Source: Longimicrobiales bacterium
GTDB lineage: Bacteria; Gemmatimonadota; Gemmatimonadetes; Longimicrobiales; Gaopeijiaceae
Length of the DNA: 64,000 nucleotides
Direction: 5' to 3'
Assembly (NCBI GenBank): GCA_041690395.1
Contig: JAWLHJ010000002.1
Location: 128,001-192,000 of the forward strand
Part shown: positions 10,131 to 20,986 of the stretch, in pieces
Numbering within the stretch: the stretch's first letter is position 1
How the letters are laid out: each line of letters opens with the position of its first letter
Program-made: the position numbers and the translations under genes
Notes under the pieces: model-generated
Seen by the model: only the letters and a program-made list of their open reading frames with translations
Databases searched by the model: none
Told to the model about the DNA's origin: nothing

Positions 10131-11345
10131 TCAGTCCATCTGACGCCGGATGAAGGTCGGAATGTCGAGCCCCGCGATCTGGCTCCGCGCGATCGTGCGC
10201 TCCGGGAAGCGGTTGAGCGGCACGACCTCCTCGGATCCACCGCCTCCCACCGCGACTCGGGGCGCGCGCCGCGGCGCCTCGATCTCGTCGGACTTCCTGG
10301 TCGGCTCGGCGGGTGCCTGAGCGGGCTTCGCGGCCTTCGGCGTGCGAGCGCGCAGGAAGCTCCCCGAGATGACCTTGTCGTCCTCGGCCTGATCGAAGCC
10401 GGTCGCGATGACGGTGACGCGGACCTGCCCTTCGAGCGACGGGTCGTGCACCGCGCCGAAGATGATCTCGGCCTCGTCGCCGGCTTCTTCCTGGATAATC
10501 GAAGATATCGTCGTGACCTCGTCAATGGCGAGGTCCATGCCCCCGGTGATGTTGATGAGGACCCCCCGGGCGCCCGCGATGGAGATGTCGTCCAGGAGCG
10601 GCGACGAGATCGCTTCCTGGGCGGCCTCCTGCGCGCGGTTGTCCCCTTCCCCGAAGCCCGATCCCATGAGCGCCGGGCCCCGCGACGACATGATCGTGCG
10701 CACGTCCGCGAAGTCCACGTTCACCTCGCCGGTCACGCTGATGAGGTCGGAGATGCCCTGCGTGGCGTTGAGCAGCACCTCGTCGGCCTTCTTGAGCGCG
10801 TCGCGGAACGACGTCCCCTTCGGCACGACGGAGAGCAGACGGTCGTTCGGGACCAGAATCATCGTGTCCACGCAACGCCGTAGCTCGGCCAGGCCCTGCT
10901 GGGCCTGACGCTCCCGCTTCTTCCCCTCGAAGGAGAAGGGCCGGGTGACGATCCCGATCGTGAGCGCACCCATCTCACGGGCGATCTCGGCGACGAGCGG
11001 CGCGGCACCGGTTCCGGTCCCTCCGCCCATGCCGGCAGTCACGAACACCAGGTCGGCGCCCTCGAGCGCACGGCGAACCTCGTCTTCGCTCTCGGCCAAC
11101 GCCTGCCGCCCCACCTCGGGGCGCGCGCCGGCACCGAGCCCGCGCGTCAGCTTCTTGCCGATCTGCAACGTGACCTGCGCCCGCGACGTCTTGAGCGCCT
11201 GGGCATCGGTGTTCATCGAGATGAACTCGACGCCGTCGAGCGCCTCGTCGACCATGCGGTTCACAGCGTTCCCGCCGGCGCCACCGACGCCGACCACTTT
11301 CATCCGCGCGTTCCGGACCGGGGTTTCCTCGAACTCGAAAATCAT
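10131..11345 (-). CDS. ftsZ: cell division protein FtsZ
   Basis: [25 protein letters not shown]-terminal LDIPTFIR. Confidence 0.98.
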   Translation of the reverse strand: MIFEFEETPVRNARMKVVGVGGAGGNAVNRMVDEALDGVEFISMNTDAQALKTSRAQVTLQIGKKLTRGLGAGARPEVGRQALAESEDEVRRALEGADLVFVTAGMGGGTGTGAAPLVAEIAREMGALTIGIVTRPFSFEGKKRERQAQQGLAELRRCVDTMILVPNDRLLSVVPKGTSFRDALKKADEVLLNATQGISDLISVTGEVNVDFADVRTIMSSRGPALMGSGFGEGDNRAQEAAQEAISSPLLDDISIAGARGVLINITGGMDLAIDEVTTISSIIQEEAGDEAEIIFGAVHDPSLEGQVRVTVIATGFDQAEDDKVISGSFLRARTPKAAKPAQAPAEPTRKSDEIEAPRRAPRVAVGGGGSEEVVPLNRFPERTIARSQIAGLDIPTFIRRQMD

Positions 11346-11368
11346 GATGTCTCCTCCAATGGAGTGGA

Positions 11369-12598
11369 TTAAAAGAACTCTTTGAGCCAGGTGCCGAGCT
11401 TCGTGAGGACGCCCGACGTGGTCGTCGAGGCCCCCCTACCCGTCTCGGCGAAACGGTCCGCTCCCCACAGCGAGAGCCCGGCGGCGACCGCGAAGCGCGG
11501 GCGCCCGACGGAATCCGCGAGCCCACCCAGTCCTTCACCCGGCACACCGAGCCGGACCGGACAGGCGTAGATCTGTTGGGCCAACTCGACGAGGCCGGGG
11601 ATCGCCGCCGTGCCTCCGGTCAGCACGATGCCCGCGCCCAGTCGGTCCATCAGCCCCTTCTCGTCGAGCTCCTGATGGACGATCCCGAACAACTCGTCGA
11701 GCCGCTGCTCGATGATGTGCGCGATCAGCTCCCGGGCGACGGCCCGCGTCTGCCCCGGTGCCGGACCGGGCAGCTCCACGGTCTCGCGCGGGTCCACCAT
11801 CTGGGTCCAGGCGATGCCGAACTTCTCCTTGGCCCGTCGCGCCTCGGAGTACGGGATCGACAGCCCGCGCACGAGATCGGTCGTCAGCGTGGTGCCGCCC
11901 ACGGGGAGGATCGAGACGTGCTGGACCTTCCCCTCGTAGTAGGCCGCGATGTCCGTCGTGTTGGCCCCGATCTCGACCATCGCGACCCCGACTTCCTTCT
12001 CGTCCTCCGTGAGGACGGCGCGCGAGCCCGCCAGCGGCTCGAGCACCATCTCCTGCACCCGGTAGCCCGCTCGGTTCACCGCCTTGCGGATGTTGGCGGA
12101 GGCCGTGACCTGGCACGTCACGAGGAAGACCTCCGCCTCGAGCCGCACGCCGGCCATGCCGAGGGGGTCCTTGATGCCGCCCTGGAGATCCACGCGGTAT
12201 TCCTGGGGGATGGCGTGCACCATCTCCCGATCGGGCGGGAGCGCGACGGCGCGCGCGACGATGTGCACCCGCTCGACGTCGTCGGGGCTCACCTCGTCGT
12301 CCGAGACGGCCACGACGCCCATCGAGGTGGACGCGCGGACGTGGTCGCCGCCGATGCCGGCGTAGACACGGTCGACCGTGGCGCCGGCCATCAGCTCCGC
12401 CTCCTTCATGGCGGAGCGGACCGACTCGGTCATCTCGTCGATGTTGGTGACCATGTCGCCGCGGAGCCCACCCGTGCGGGCCTGGCCGACGCCGAGCACC
12501 GTGAGCCCCGGCCGGCGCGGGTCGGTGACGACCTCACCGATGACGGCGCACGTGTTCGAGGTCCCGATGTCGAGTCCGGCGATGAGATTGGAGCGCAT
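11369..12598 (-). CDS. ftsA: cell division protein FtsA
   Basis: GLDIGTS, actin-like fold, VLTGG; directly upstream of ftsZ. Confidence 0.96.
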   Translation of the reverse strand: MRSNLIAGLDIGTSNTCAVIGEVVTDPRRPGLTVLGVGQARTGGLRGDMVTNIDEMTESVRSAMKEAELMAGATVDRVYAGIGGDHVRASTSMGVVAVSDDEVSPDDVERVHIVARAVALPPDREMVHAIPQEYRVDLQGGIKDPLGMAGVRLEAEVFLVTCQVTASANIRKAVNRAGYRVQEMVLEPLAGSRAVLTEDEKEVGVAMVEIGANTTDIAAYYEGKVQHVSILPVGGTTLTTDLVRGLSIPYSEARRAKEKFGIAWTQMVDPRETVELPGPAPGQTRAVARELIAHIIEQRLDELFGIVHQELDEKGLMDRLGAGIVLTGGTAAIPGLVELAQQIYACPVRLGVPGEGLGGLADSVGRPRFAVAAGLSLWGADRFAETGRGASTTTSGVLTKLGTWLKEFF

Positions 12599-12608
12599 GG
12601 TTGTTCCG

Positions 12609-13343
12609 TCAGTCTCGGGTGCGGCGGACCACGACCTGGTCCGCGAATCTCAGATCGATCTCTTCCGGCGGATCGGTCGGCCTGGCCGCTACCGCGTCGG
12701 CGAGGGCGGCCAGCCCCTCCCGGAGCCGGACCGCGGACGTCCCCGGGGGGAGGAGGAAGTCCACCGGCGGCTCCGTCCAGCGAACCCGGAGCGATCCGTC
12801 GTCCCGCCATCCCATCTCGGATACGCGCTGGAGGAACGCGGTGTCCGCGCTCATCATCCGCCCGATCTCCCCGGCCAGCTCCCGCACCTCGCCCGGCACC
12901 AGGCGAGCGCCACGGGCAGGCGTCAGGCCGGTAGAAAGGACGGGCAGATCGAGCCGGTGGTGGGAGGGATCCACGGGAAGCCGATATCCCTCGGCGTCGA
13001 TGGGCTCGAGGGTCGGCGTGGGCGCGAGCGCGACCGGCTCTCGCTCGGTCACCGTCACGCGCAGTCCACCGGGGAACCGACGCGCGATCTCGACCGTGCG
13101 GATCATCGGATGACGCTCGATCCGCTCCGTCCACACGCTCTTCTCCTCCCAGATGGAGCTGGTCGGCTGCAGCGCCATCAGCCCCACGATCTCATCGGGC
13201 GAGACGAACGTCGCCCCGCTCACGTCCACGTCCCGCACGTGGAAGGTGCTGAGCCCCGCGAGCCATTCGCTCCCGTGCTCGACACTCAACAGCGTTCCGC
13301 CGGCCACGATTGCGCCGAGCAGGATCTTCAGATCCCTACGCAT
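12609..13343 (-). CDS. ftsQ: cell division protein FtsQ/DivIB
   Basis: N-terminal TM, POTRA-like region, ERxPVA, IDLRF; dcw position. Confidence 0.88.
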   Translation of the reverse strand: MRRDLKILLGAIVAGGTLLSVEHGSEWLAGLSTFHVRDVDVSGATFVSPDEIVGLMALQPTSSIWEEKSVWTERIERHPMIRTVEIARRFPGGLRVTVTEREPVALAPTPTLEPIDAEGYRLPVDPSHHRLDLPVLSTGLTPARGARLVPGEVRELAGEIGRMMSADTAFLQRVSEMGWRDDGSLRVRWTEPPVDFLLPPGTSAVRLREGLAALADAVAARPTDPPEEIDLRFADQVVVRRTRD

Positions 13344-14748
13344 GCGTCACCTCCCGCAGGCGCTCGAAGGCGTCCGGGGCGAGCGTCTCGATCGAGCCCG
13401 CCCCCATGGCGATGAGCACGTCTCCGTGCTCGAGCGTATCGACGAGCGTCGCGGCCAAGGTCGCGAGCGTCTCGTGGTAGCTAACGTCACGGGCCCCGGC
13501 CCCGCGGGCGTGCTCGGCGACCATCGCGCCCGTGACGCCCTCGATGGGGGCCTCCCGGGCCGGGAAGACGTCCGTGACCCACACCACGTCGGCGTCCGCG
13601 AGGGCTGCACCGAACTCCGCGGCGAAGTCCCGCGTGCGGGAGTACAGGTGGGGCTGGAAGGCCACGACCAGGCGGCGACCCGGGTAGGCCGCGCGCACCC
13701 CGGCGAGCGTCGCGCGGATCTCCGTCGGGTGGTGCGCGTAGTCGTCGATCACCGTAACCCCGCCCGCGTCGCCGAGCACGTCGAAGCGACGGCCGACGCC
13801 CTCGAAGGCGGAGAGCGCGTGCTTCACGTGGGCCCAATCGACTCCGAGATGGCGCGCGGTCGCGGCCGCCGCGAGGGCGTTGAGCAGGTTGTGGGTGCCG
13901 GGCAGGGACAGCTCGAGGGTGCCCCGGGACCGACCCTCCTCCACCACCGTGCACCACGTGCGCCCGTCGCGCACCTCGATGTCGGTCGCCCGGAGCATGG
14001 CGCCGGCGACGGTGCCATAGGTGTAGCCGATGCCGGCGAACTCGGGGAGCAGCTTCGACGCCCCGTGGTCGTCCGCGCACACGATGACGCGTCCCCCCGG
14101 CTTCACCCCTCGGAGAAAGCGTCGGAAGCCGTCCCGGACGCCCTCGAGGTCTCCGTAGATGTCGAGGTGGTCGGCCTCCAGGTTCGTGACGATCGCCACG
14201 TCGGGGCGGAGCGTCAGGAACGAGCGGTCGTATTCGTCGGCCTCGACCACGAAGAGCTGGTCCCCGCCGCGGCGGAGATTCCCGCCCCAACCGGACACCC
14301 GCCCGCCCACGAGGCCGGTCGGATCGAGCCCGGCCGCGGCCAGGACCTCTGTGGTCATCGCGGTCGTGGTCGTCTTGCCGTGCGTGCCGGCCACGCCGAC
14401 CACTTGCCCGGCCTCGACCCACGCGCCGAGCGCCTCCGCGCGCTTGAAGACGGGCACGCCGAGCTCCCGGGCGCGAGCGAGCTCGGGATGCTCGGCGGGA
14501 ACTGCGGAAGTGACGATCAGCGCCGAGGCTCCGTCGACGTGCGCCGGGTCGTGACCCATGTGCACCGTGGCGCCCAATGCCTCCAGATCGACGACACCGG
14601 ATCCGCGCTTCACGTCACACCCCGTGACGGTCACGCCCTCGCGGACGAGGAGCTCGGCGAGCGCGCACATGCCGGCACCGCCGACGCCCATGAAGTGGAC
14701 CGGTCCGGAGGCGGCGAGCGCCCTGAGGCGGGTGCGGTCGATCATCAC
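13336..14748 (-). CDS. murC: UDP-N-acetylmuramate--L-alanine ligase
   Basis: GVGGAGM, GTHGKTTT, VEADEYD, DDYAHHP, FQPHLYSR; start (GTG 14748 or ATG 14745) overlaps the murG stop. Confidence 0.96.
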   Translation of the reverse strand: MMIDRTRLRALAASGPVHFMGVGGAGMCALAELLVREGVTVTGCDVKRGSGVVDLEALGATVHMGHDPAHVDGASALIVTSAVPAEHPELARARELGVPVFKRAEALGAWVEAGQVVGVAGTHGKTTTTAMTTEVLAAAGLDPTGLVGGRVSGWGGNLRRGGDQLFVVEADEYDRSFLTLRPDVAIVTNLEADHLDIYGDLEGVRDGFRRFLRGVKPGGRVIVCADDHGASKLLPEFAGIGYTYGTVAGAMLRATDIEVRDGRTWCTVVEEGRSRGTLELSLPGTHNLLNALAAAATARHLGVDWAHVKHALSAFEGVGRRFDVLGDAGGVTVIDDYAHHPTEIRATLAGVRAAYPGRRLVVAFQPHLYSRTRDFAAEFGAALADADVVWVTDVFPAREAPIEGVTGAMVAEHARGAGARDVSYHETLATLAATLVDTLEHGDVLIAMGAGSIETLAPDAFERLREVTHA

Positions 14749-15890
14749 GCCGCCTCCGTTCCGGACGTCATGCAGCGAGCCACGGACTCCGCGATCCGGC
14801 GGGCGGCCTCGGGACGTGCCAGTCCCAGCGCCGCACGCCGCATCGCGGCGAGGCGCGGAGCATCGGAGGTCAGGCTCGCCACGGCACCCCAGAGCCGAGC
14901 CGGCGTGAGCTCGGACTGGGGGAGCACGACGGCCGCTCCGGCCGCGGCGAGCGACTCGGCATTGCGCGTCTGGTGGTCCTCGGCTGCGCTCGGGAGCGGT
15001 ACCAGGACGGCCGGCAGACCCTCGACCAGCAGCTCGGCGGTGAAGGTGGCGCCCGCGCGCGCCAGAGCCAGGTCCGACGCGACCAACGCGACGGGCATGT
15101 CGTCGATGTACGGCACGGGCACGACCCACTCGGCGGCCTCCCCCATCGCCTCGAGCTCGTCCCGGATGCCCTCGTGATGAGCGGGTCCGGTGGCCCAGAG
15201 GACGTGGAGGCCCTCCACCCGATCGAACGATCCGGCGGCGACCGACCGCACCGCTCCGAGGAGCGCGTCGTTCACGGCGCGCGCTCCCTGACTTCCGCCG
15301 ACGACGAGCAGCACCGTGGAAGCCTCGGGCAGGTCGAGGCGCGTGCGTGCCTGTCCCCGCTCGATCTCACTGCGCGGCCGTACCGGGTTGCCGCTCACGG
15401 CCGTGCGCTCGCGGCCCGCCGGCAGGCGGTCCACCGCTTCGGGGAACGCGACGTGGATGCGGGCGGCCCACCGGCTGAGAAGCTTGGTGACCAGGCCCGG
15501 CACGGCGTTCGGCTCCTGCAGGACGAGCGGCGTCCCCGTGAGCACGGCCGCGATGCCAGCGGGCGCGCTGGCGTATCCGCCGGTCACAACGACGGCCTCG
15601 GGCCGGAGCTCGGCGAAGAGGCGAAGCGTCCGGACGATCGAGCCCACGATCCCGGCGACGCCGAGCAGGCTCCGCGCGGGGCGGGAGCGATCGAGCCCCT
15701 GCACCGGAAGCAGGAGGTGCCACTCCCCACGCTCGGCCAGGATCCGTCCCTCGATCCCACGGCGCGAGCCGACGAAGAGAGCCCGCACGTCGGGACGGAG
15801 CGAGCGGAGCTCGTCCGCGACCGCGAGGGCCGGATAGAGGTGCCCTCCCGTGCCACCGCCTGAGAATACCACGACCCGACGATCATGCAC
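14745..15890 (-). CDS. murG: undecaprenyl-PP-MurNAc-pentapeptide GlcNAc transferase
   Basis: GGGTGGHLYP, GGY, GNPVR, GGSQGA, HQTRNA. Confidence 0.96.
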   Translation of the reverse strand: MHDRRVVVFSGGGTGGHLYPALAVADELRSLRPDVRALFVGSRRGIEGRILAERGEWHLLLPVQGLDRSRPARSLLGVAGIVGSIVRTLRLFAELRPEAVVVTGGYASAPAGIAAVLTGTPLVLQEPNAVPGLVTKLLSRWAARIHVAFPEAVDRLPAGRERTAVSGNPVRPRSEIERGQARTRLDLPEASTVLLVVGGSQGARAVNDALLGAVRSVAAGSFDRVEGLHVLWATGPAHHEGIRDELEAMGEAAEWVVPVPYIDDMPVALVASDLALARAGATFTAELLVEGLPAVLVPLPSAAEDHQTRNAESLAAAGAAVVLPQSELTPARLWGAVASLTSDAPRLAAMRRAALGLARPEAARRIAESVARCMTSGTEAA

Positions 15891-17085
15891 GGGCCCTCCT
15901 TCCCACCTGGCGCCGACCGGCACCGGCGCCACGTCCGGAGGCCCGGGCGACCGACATCAGCATTCCCAGGGCGACGCACGTCACGAGCAGGTTCGAGCGT
16001 CCGTACGAGACCAACGGGAGCGAGAGGCCCGTCGCCGGCAGGAGCGCCAGGCCGACCGCCATGTGCAGCAGTGCCTGCAGGGCGATGAGGCTGGTCAGCC
16101 CGATGGCGAGGAGCTCCCCGAACAGGTCGGGCGCCCGACCGGCCACGCGGAATCCGACCAGCACGATCGCGGCGTACAGGGACACCAGGATGAGCACCCC
16201 GACCAGCCCCCACTCCTCGCCGATCATCGCGAAGATGAAGTCGTTGTGGGCCTCCGGCAGGAATCCGAACTTCTGCCGCCCCTCCCCGATGCCGACGCCG
16301 TACAGCCCTCCCGAGCCCAGCGCCACGAGCGACTGGCGGACCTGGAAGCCGGATCCCATGGGATCCGAGAGCGGATCGAGGAACGTGGCGAGCCGCTCCG
16401 CACGGAAGCCGACCGAGAGCTGGTCGCGGAGCACGGGCACCGCGATCAGGGCCAGGAAGGCGAAGTGAGCGATCCGCCCTCCGGCGCAGAACAGGATGAG
16501 CGCGCCGAGCAGCCCGATGAGGAAGGCCGTGGAGAGATCCGGCTGCAGCGCGATCAATCCGAGCACGACCGCCCAGACCACGAGGAACGGCAATAACCCG
16601 CGGGAGAGCGACTTGAAGTGTGGCCCCTTCCGGACCGCGAGCGCCGCGGTCCAGACGACGACGGCGATCTTCGCGAACTCCGACGGCTGGAGCGTCACGC
16701 CCAGGGTCAGCCAGCGACGCGCGCCGTTGATCTCGGGGGCGATCGAGTGCGTCCAGGGGAGGACGACCAGGATCAGTGCGACGAGCGTCACGGCGAGTAG
16801 CGGCCACGCCAGATGGGCCCAGGCCCGATACGGGAGCGCGGCGCACCCGGCGAGCGCGACGAGCCCGACCGCGGCGCCGATCGCCTGCCGGAACAGGTAG
16901 TACGTGTCGGGGAGGTCCTGCCGCATCGCGAGCACGGACGACGCGCTGTACAGCACGACCAAGCCCCAGGCCACGAGGACGACGGTGGCGCAGAAGAGGA
17001 CGGCGGCCTCCCAACCCCGGCCGAGGCCCGCATCGGGCAGCTGGACCGGGCGGGTCGGGGCGACGTCGAGGGGGCGGGCGCTCAC
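15883..17085 (-). CDS. ftsW: SEDS peptidoglycan polymerase FtsW
   Basis: GARRW, QPSEFAK, QPD, LPEAHNDFIF, multiple TMs. Confidence 0.95.
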   Translation of the reverse strand: MSARPLDVAPTRPVQLPDAGLGRGWEAAVLFCATVVLVAWGLVVLYSASSVLAMRQDLPDTYYLFRQAIGAAVGLVALAGCAALPYRAWAHLAWPLLAVTLVALILVVLPWTHSIAPEINGARRWLTLGVTLQPSEFAKIAVVVWTAALAVRKGPHFKSLSRGLLPFLVVWAVVLGLIALQPDLSTAFLIGLLGALILFCAGGRIAHFAFLALIAVPVLRDQLSVGFRAERLATFLDPLSDPMGSGFQVRQSLVALGSGGLYGVGIGEGRQKFGFLPEAHNDFIFAMIGEEWGLVGVLILVSLYAAIVLVGFRVAGRAPDLFGELLAIGLTSLIALQALLHMAVGLALLPATGLSLPLVSYGRSNLLVTCVALGMLMSVARASGRGAGAGRRQVGRRARA

Positions 17086-18476
17086 GCGACCTCCCGGGCC
17101 AGATCGGTGAAGACGCGGCCACGGTGCTCGTAGCTGTCGAACATGTCGAAGCTCGAGCAGGCGGGAGAAAGGAGCACGACGTCGCCCCGGCGGGCGCATG
17201 CAGCGGCGCGGCGCACGACCGTCTCGAAGTCGCTCGCGAGTCGCTCGACGCTCGTCGCGTCTCCGAGCTCGTCGGCGATCCGCTCGCCGACCGCTCCGAA
17301 TGCGAGGACGACGCGGGCGTGCTCCGCGAGGAGGGGTCCGAGCGGCCGGAAGTCTTCGCCCTTGTCCTTGCCGCCCAAAAGCACGACCGCCGGCCGGTCC
17401 AGGCTCGCCAGCGCGCTGGCCGCCGCCGAGACGTTGGTGGCCTTGGAGTCGTTCACCCAGAGCACGCCGTCCCGATCGAGGACCGGCTCCATGCGGTGCG
17501 GAAGGGGGCGTGCGGTGCGGAGTCCCTCGCGGATGCCCTCGACGGGGGCGCCGGCCAGGCGGGCCACCAGTGCCGCGGTCAGCCCGTTCCTGAGATTGTG
17601 GCGTCCCATGAGCGGGAAGTGGGCGGCCGCCAGGAGCGGCTCGTCCGACTCCGCGACGCGTAGTGTCAGGACGCCGTCCCGCACGAAGGCGTGCGCGCCG
17701 ACGTCGTCGTGGGAGAACGTGTAGCGACGGCCGGGCGCGTCCCCCGCGAGCGCTTCGACCTCGGCGTCCCCGAACGGAAGGACCCAGACGCAGGCCTCGT
17801 CGGCGTTCTCGAAGAGGCGCGCCTTGTCCGCGTAGTACGCGTCCAGGGACGGGTAACGGTCGAGGTGGTCGGGCGAGAGGCCAGTCACGACACCGATATC
17901 GGGCCGGAACGTGTCCACGTCGGCGAGCTGGAACGAGCTCATCTCGAGCACGTACCAGTCGGGCGCGTCTTCCCGGAGCGCGAGATCGGAGGCGGCGGGC
18001 GCGAGCCCACCCCCCACGTTCCCGCCCACCGCCGCGTCCATCCCCGACGAGGCGAGAAGGTGTCCCACCAAGAGCGTGGTGGTCGTCTTCCCGTTGGTTC
18101 CGGTCACGGCGATCAGTGGAGCGCCGTAGAACCGAACGGCGAGCTCAGGCTCGCTGATCCAACGCACGCCCCGCGCTCGGAGATCTCCGAGCACCGGAGC
18201 GTCCGGCGGGATTCCGGGGCTGACCACGACGAGTCCGGCGCCAGCCAGCCACTCGAAGTCGTGTCCACCGAGCTCCACCCGCGCTCCCGCGGATTCGAGG
18301 TCGGCTCCACGAGCTGCAGTTGCGGCGTCAGTGCGCAGATCCGAGACATAGACGTCTCCTCCCTTGGCGAGGGCCAGTCGGGCGGCGGCGATACCGCTCG
18401 CTCCGAGGCCGATGACGGCCACGCGCGTTCCGGCGAGATCCCCCGCCGCAGAGCCGTGGGCCTGAGTTCGCATCAT
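17082..18476 (-). CDS. murD: UDP-MurNAc-L-Ala--D-glutamate ligase
   Basis: GTNGKTTT, EMSSFQL, DHLDRY, NDSKATN, LSPACSSFD. Confidence 0.96.
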   Translation of the reverse strand: MMRTQAHGSAAGDLAGTRVAVIGLGASGIAAARLALAKGGDVYVSDLRTDAATAARGADLESAGARVELGGHDFEWLAGAGLVVVSPGIPPDAPVLGDLRARGVRWISEPELAVRFYGAPLIAVTGTNGKTTTTLLVGHLLASSGMDAAVGGNVGGGLAPAASDLALREDAPDWYVLEMSSFQLADVDTFRPDIGVVTGLSPDHLDRYPSLDAYYADKARLFENADEACVWVLPFGDAEVEALAGDAPGRRYTFSHDDVGAHAFVRDGVLTLRVAESDEPLLAAAHFPLMGRHNLRNGLTAALVARLAGAPVEGIREGLRTARPLPHRMEPVLDRDGVLWVNDSKATNVSAAASALASLDRPAVVLLGGKDKGEDFRPLGPLLAEHARVVLAFGAVGERIADELGDATSVERLASDFETVVRRAAACARRGDVVLLSPACSSFDMFDSYEHRGRVFTDLAREVA

Positions 18477-18482
18477 GTCCGC

Positions 18483-19589
18483 TCACCGGATCTTGAGGGT
18501 GCTGATGGCGACCATCGCGCACATCAGTCCGAGGATCCAGAAGCGCACGACCACCTTGGTTTCGGGCCACCCGAGCTTCTCGAAGTGGTGGTGGATGGGC
18601 GCCATTCTGAAGATCCGGCGCCCTTCCCCGTACCGGGCCCGGGTGTACTTGAAGTACGACGTCTGCAGGATCACGGAGAGCGTCTCCATCACGAACACGC
18701 CTCCCACGATGACCAGCAGGAACTCGCCCTTGAGCAGGATCGCCATCACCCCGATGGCGCCCCCGAGCGCGAGCGACCCGGTGTCGCCCATGAAGACCTC
18801 GGCGGGGTGCGCGTTGAACCAGAGGAAGCCCACGGCCGCGCCGGCGAGGGCGACGGCGAAGATCGTCAGCTCCCCTGCTCCGGGCAGATAGAAGAAGCCG
18901 AGGTACGCCGACGTGTCGACGCGGCCGGCGATGTAGGCGAAGATCCCGAACGTCGCGGCCGCGATGGCGGTCAGTCCCGCGGCCAGCCCGTCCAGGCCGT
19001 CGGTCAGGTTCACGGCGTTCGAGGAGCCCGAGACGACGGCTCCGGTGAAGAGCACGAACACGGGCGCGAAGAACGCAGCGGCCACGTCCGAGAAGAAGGG
19101 CACCGTGGTCCAGGTGGTCGGATGCGGCGAGATGGGATTCCAGAGCAGGAACGCGCCGAGCGCGAGCCCGAACGTCCACTGCCCCACCATCTTGTACCGT
19201 CCGATGAGTCCGCGGGACTTCCCCTGGACGACCTTCAGGTAGTCGTCCAAGAATCCGATCGCGCCCATCCACAGCAGCGAGATCACTGCGACGACCGTGT
19301 ACCAGTTGGTCAGCTGGGCCCAGAGCAGCGTCGAAAGCGTCGCCGACGCGATGATGATGAGCCCGCCCATGGTGGGGGTCCCCGCCTTCACCAGGTGCGA
19401 CTCCGGCCCGACGTCCCGAACGACCTGCCCCACACGCGCGGCTTCGAGCCGGCGGATGACCGGAGGGCCGAACGCGAACGCGATGAGCAGTGCCGTCACC
19501 ATGGCGCCGGCCGCTCGGAAGGTGATATAGACGAAGACGTTGAAGACGACGTGCACGTCCGAGAGCGGCGGAAGGAGATGGTAGAGCAT
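18483..19589 (-). CDS. mraY: phospho-MurNAc-pentapeptide transferase
   Basis: TPTMGG, NLTDGLDGL, FMGDTGS, MAPIHHHFE. Confidence 0.97.
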   Translation of the reverse strand: MLYHLLPPLSDVHVVFNVFVYITFRAAGAMVTALLIAFAFGPPVIRRLEAARVGQVVRDVGPESHLVKAGTPTMGGLIIIASATLSTLLWAQLTNWYTVVAVISLLWMGAIGFLDDYLKVVQGKSRGLIGRYKMVGQWTFGLALGAFLLWNPISPHPTTWTTVPFFSDVAAAFFAPVFVLFTGAVVSGSSNAVNLTDGLDGLAAGLTAIAAATFGIFAYIAGRVDTSAYLGFFYLPGAGELTIFAVALAGAAVGFLWFNAHPAEVFMGDTGSLALGGAIGVMAILLKGEFLLVIVGGVFVMETLSVILQTSYFKYTRARYGEGRRIFRMAPIHHHFEKLGWPETKVVVRFWILGLMCAMVAISTLKIR

Positions 19590-20986
19590 CAGCCTCGCGC
19601 CTCTTCGGTTTCGTCGGGGCCGAAGTCGGCCTCGAGAAGGTCGAGCATGCCCTCGAGCGCGACCCCGCGCGACGCCTTGAGGAGGACGACCTCCTCGCCC
19701 GCGAGGCGTTCCTTCAGGAGCGGATACCCGCTCCGCCAATCCTCGGCGATCAGGACACGATCCGACGGAGTCGCCATGCGCTCCGCGGCCTCGGCGAAGC
19801 CGCCGACCGCCAGCACGACGTCGATATCACGAGCAAGCGCGTCGGCGAGCACCTCGTCATGGTACCGGGCCGAGGCATCGCCCAACTCCAGCATCGTGCC
19901 GAGCACCGCGGCACGGCCGTTCGGAGCTCCGTAGACCTCGAGGAGCTCGAGCGCCGCGCGCGCGCTCTGCGGGTTCGCGTTGTAGCAGTCCACGAGAACG
20001 GTGAGGCCCCCGATGGTCCGCGTCTGGCCACGCATTCCCGCGGTGGAGGCCCCCTCCAGGCCCTGGGCGGCCTTGGCCGCCGGCACCCCGAGAAGATCGG
20101 CCACGGTGAGCGCCAGCAGCGCGTTCGCCACCGCGTGCCTCCCCGGCATGGGGACCGATACGACGTGCCCGTGCCACCGGAATCGATACCGTCCGAAAGC
20201 GTCGACCTCGGCCCCGGTCGGGCGTGCCCGCTCGTCGGCCCGGTTGCTCCACCCCGCCACGCGTACCTGCGGCATGATGCGCCGCGCCTCCTCCACCAGA
20301 CTGGTCGGTTCGTCGCCAACGACCGCCTTGGCTCCCTTGGGTAGCACCCGAAGGAGGTCCAGCTTCTCACGCAGGACGCCCTCCACCGAGCCCAACCCCT
20401 CCAGGTGGCTCGCGCCGACCGTCGTCACCACGCCCACGTCCGGGCTCACGATCTCGGTCAGCGCCCGGATCTCGCCCGGCTCGCTGGTTCCGAGCTCCAC
20501 GACGACGGCTTCCGACTCCTGCGGAGCCTCGAGGAGCGTGAGCGGCACACCCACCCGGTTGTTACGATTCCCCCGCGTCGCGTGCGTCCGGCGAGCGGTC
20601 GCGAGCGCTGCCGCCAGGAAGTCCTTGGTCGTGGTCTTCCCGCTCGACCCCGTGATGGCGACCACGGGACAGTCGAGGTGCATCCGCCGGTGGTGCGCGA
20701 GGCGGCCGAGGGCGACCAGCGTGTCGTCGACGGGATACGTGACGATGTCGCGCGCGGCGGGGAGAGCACGGGACACCACGACGGCGCGCGCGCCCCCCGC
20801 GACCGCGTCGGCCACGAAGTCGTGCCCGTCGAAGCGGTCGCCGGACAGCGCCAGATAGAGCGCGCCGGGCTGGAGCGTCCTCGTATCGGTCGAGATCTCC
20901 GTGAATCGCAGGCCGTCCCGGGCCAGGTCGAGCCGGAGCCCGAGGGCGCTCCGCACTTCCAGGTCGGTCCACGCGAAGGCCGTCAT
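19589..20986 (-). CDS. murF: UDP-MurNAc-tripeptide--D-Ala-D-Ala ligase
   Basis: FDGHDF, GSSGKTTTK, DCYNANP, MLELG, LKASRG. Confidence 0.95.
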   Translation of the reverse strand: MTAFAWTDLEVRSALGLRLDLARDGLRFTEISTDTRTLQPGALYLALSGDRFDGHDFVADAVAGGARAVVVSRALPAARDIVTYPVDDTLVALGRLAHHRRMHLDCPVVAITGSSGKTTTKDFLAAALATARRTHATRGNRNNRVGVPLTLLEAPQESEAVVVELGTSEPGEIRALTEIVSPDVGVVTTVGASHLEGLGSVEGVLREKLDLLRVLPKGAKAVVGDEPTSLVEEARRIMPQVRVAGWSNRADERARPTGAEVDAFGRYRFRWHGHVVSVPMPGRHAVANALLALTVADLLGVPAAKAAQGLEGASTAGMRGQTRTIGGLTVLVDCYNANPQSARAALELLEVYGAPNGRAAVLGTMLELGDASARYHDEVLADALARDIDVVLAVGGFAEAAERMATPSDRVLIAEDWRSGYPLLKERLAGEEVVLLKASRGVALEGMLDLLEADFGPDETEEARG

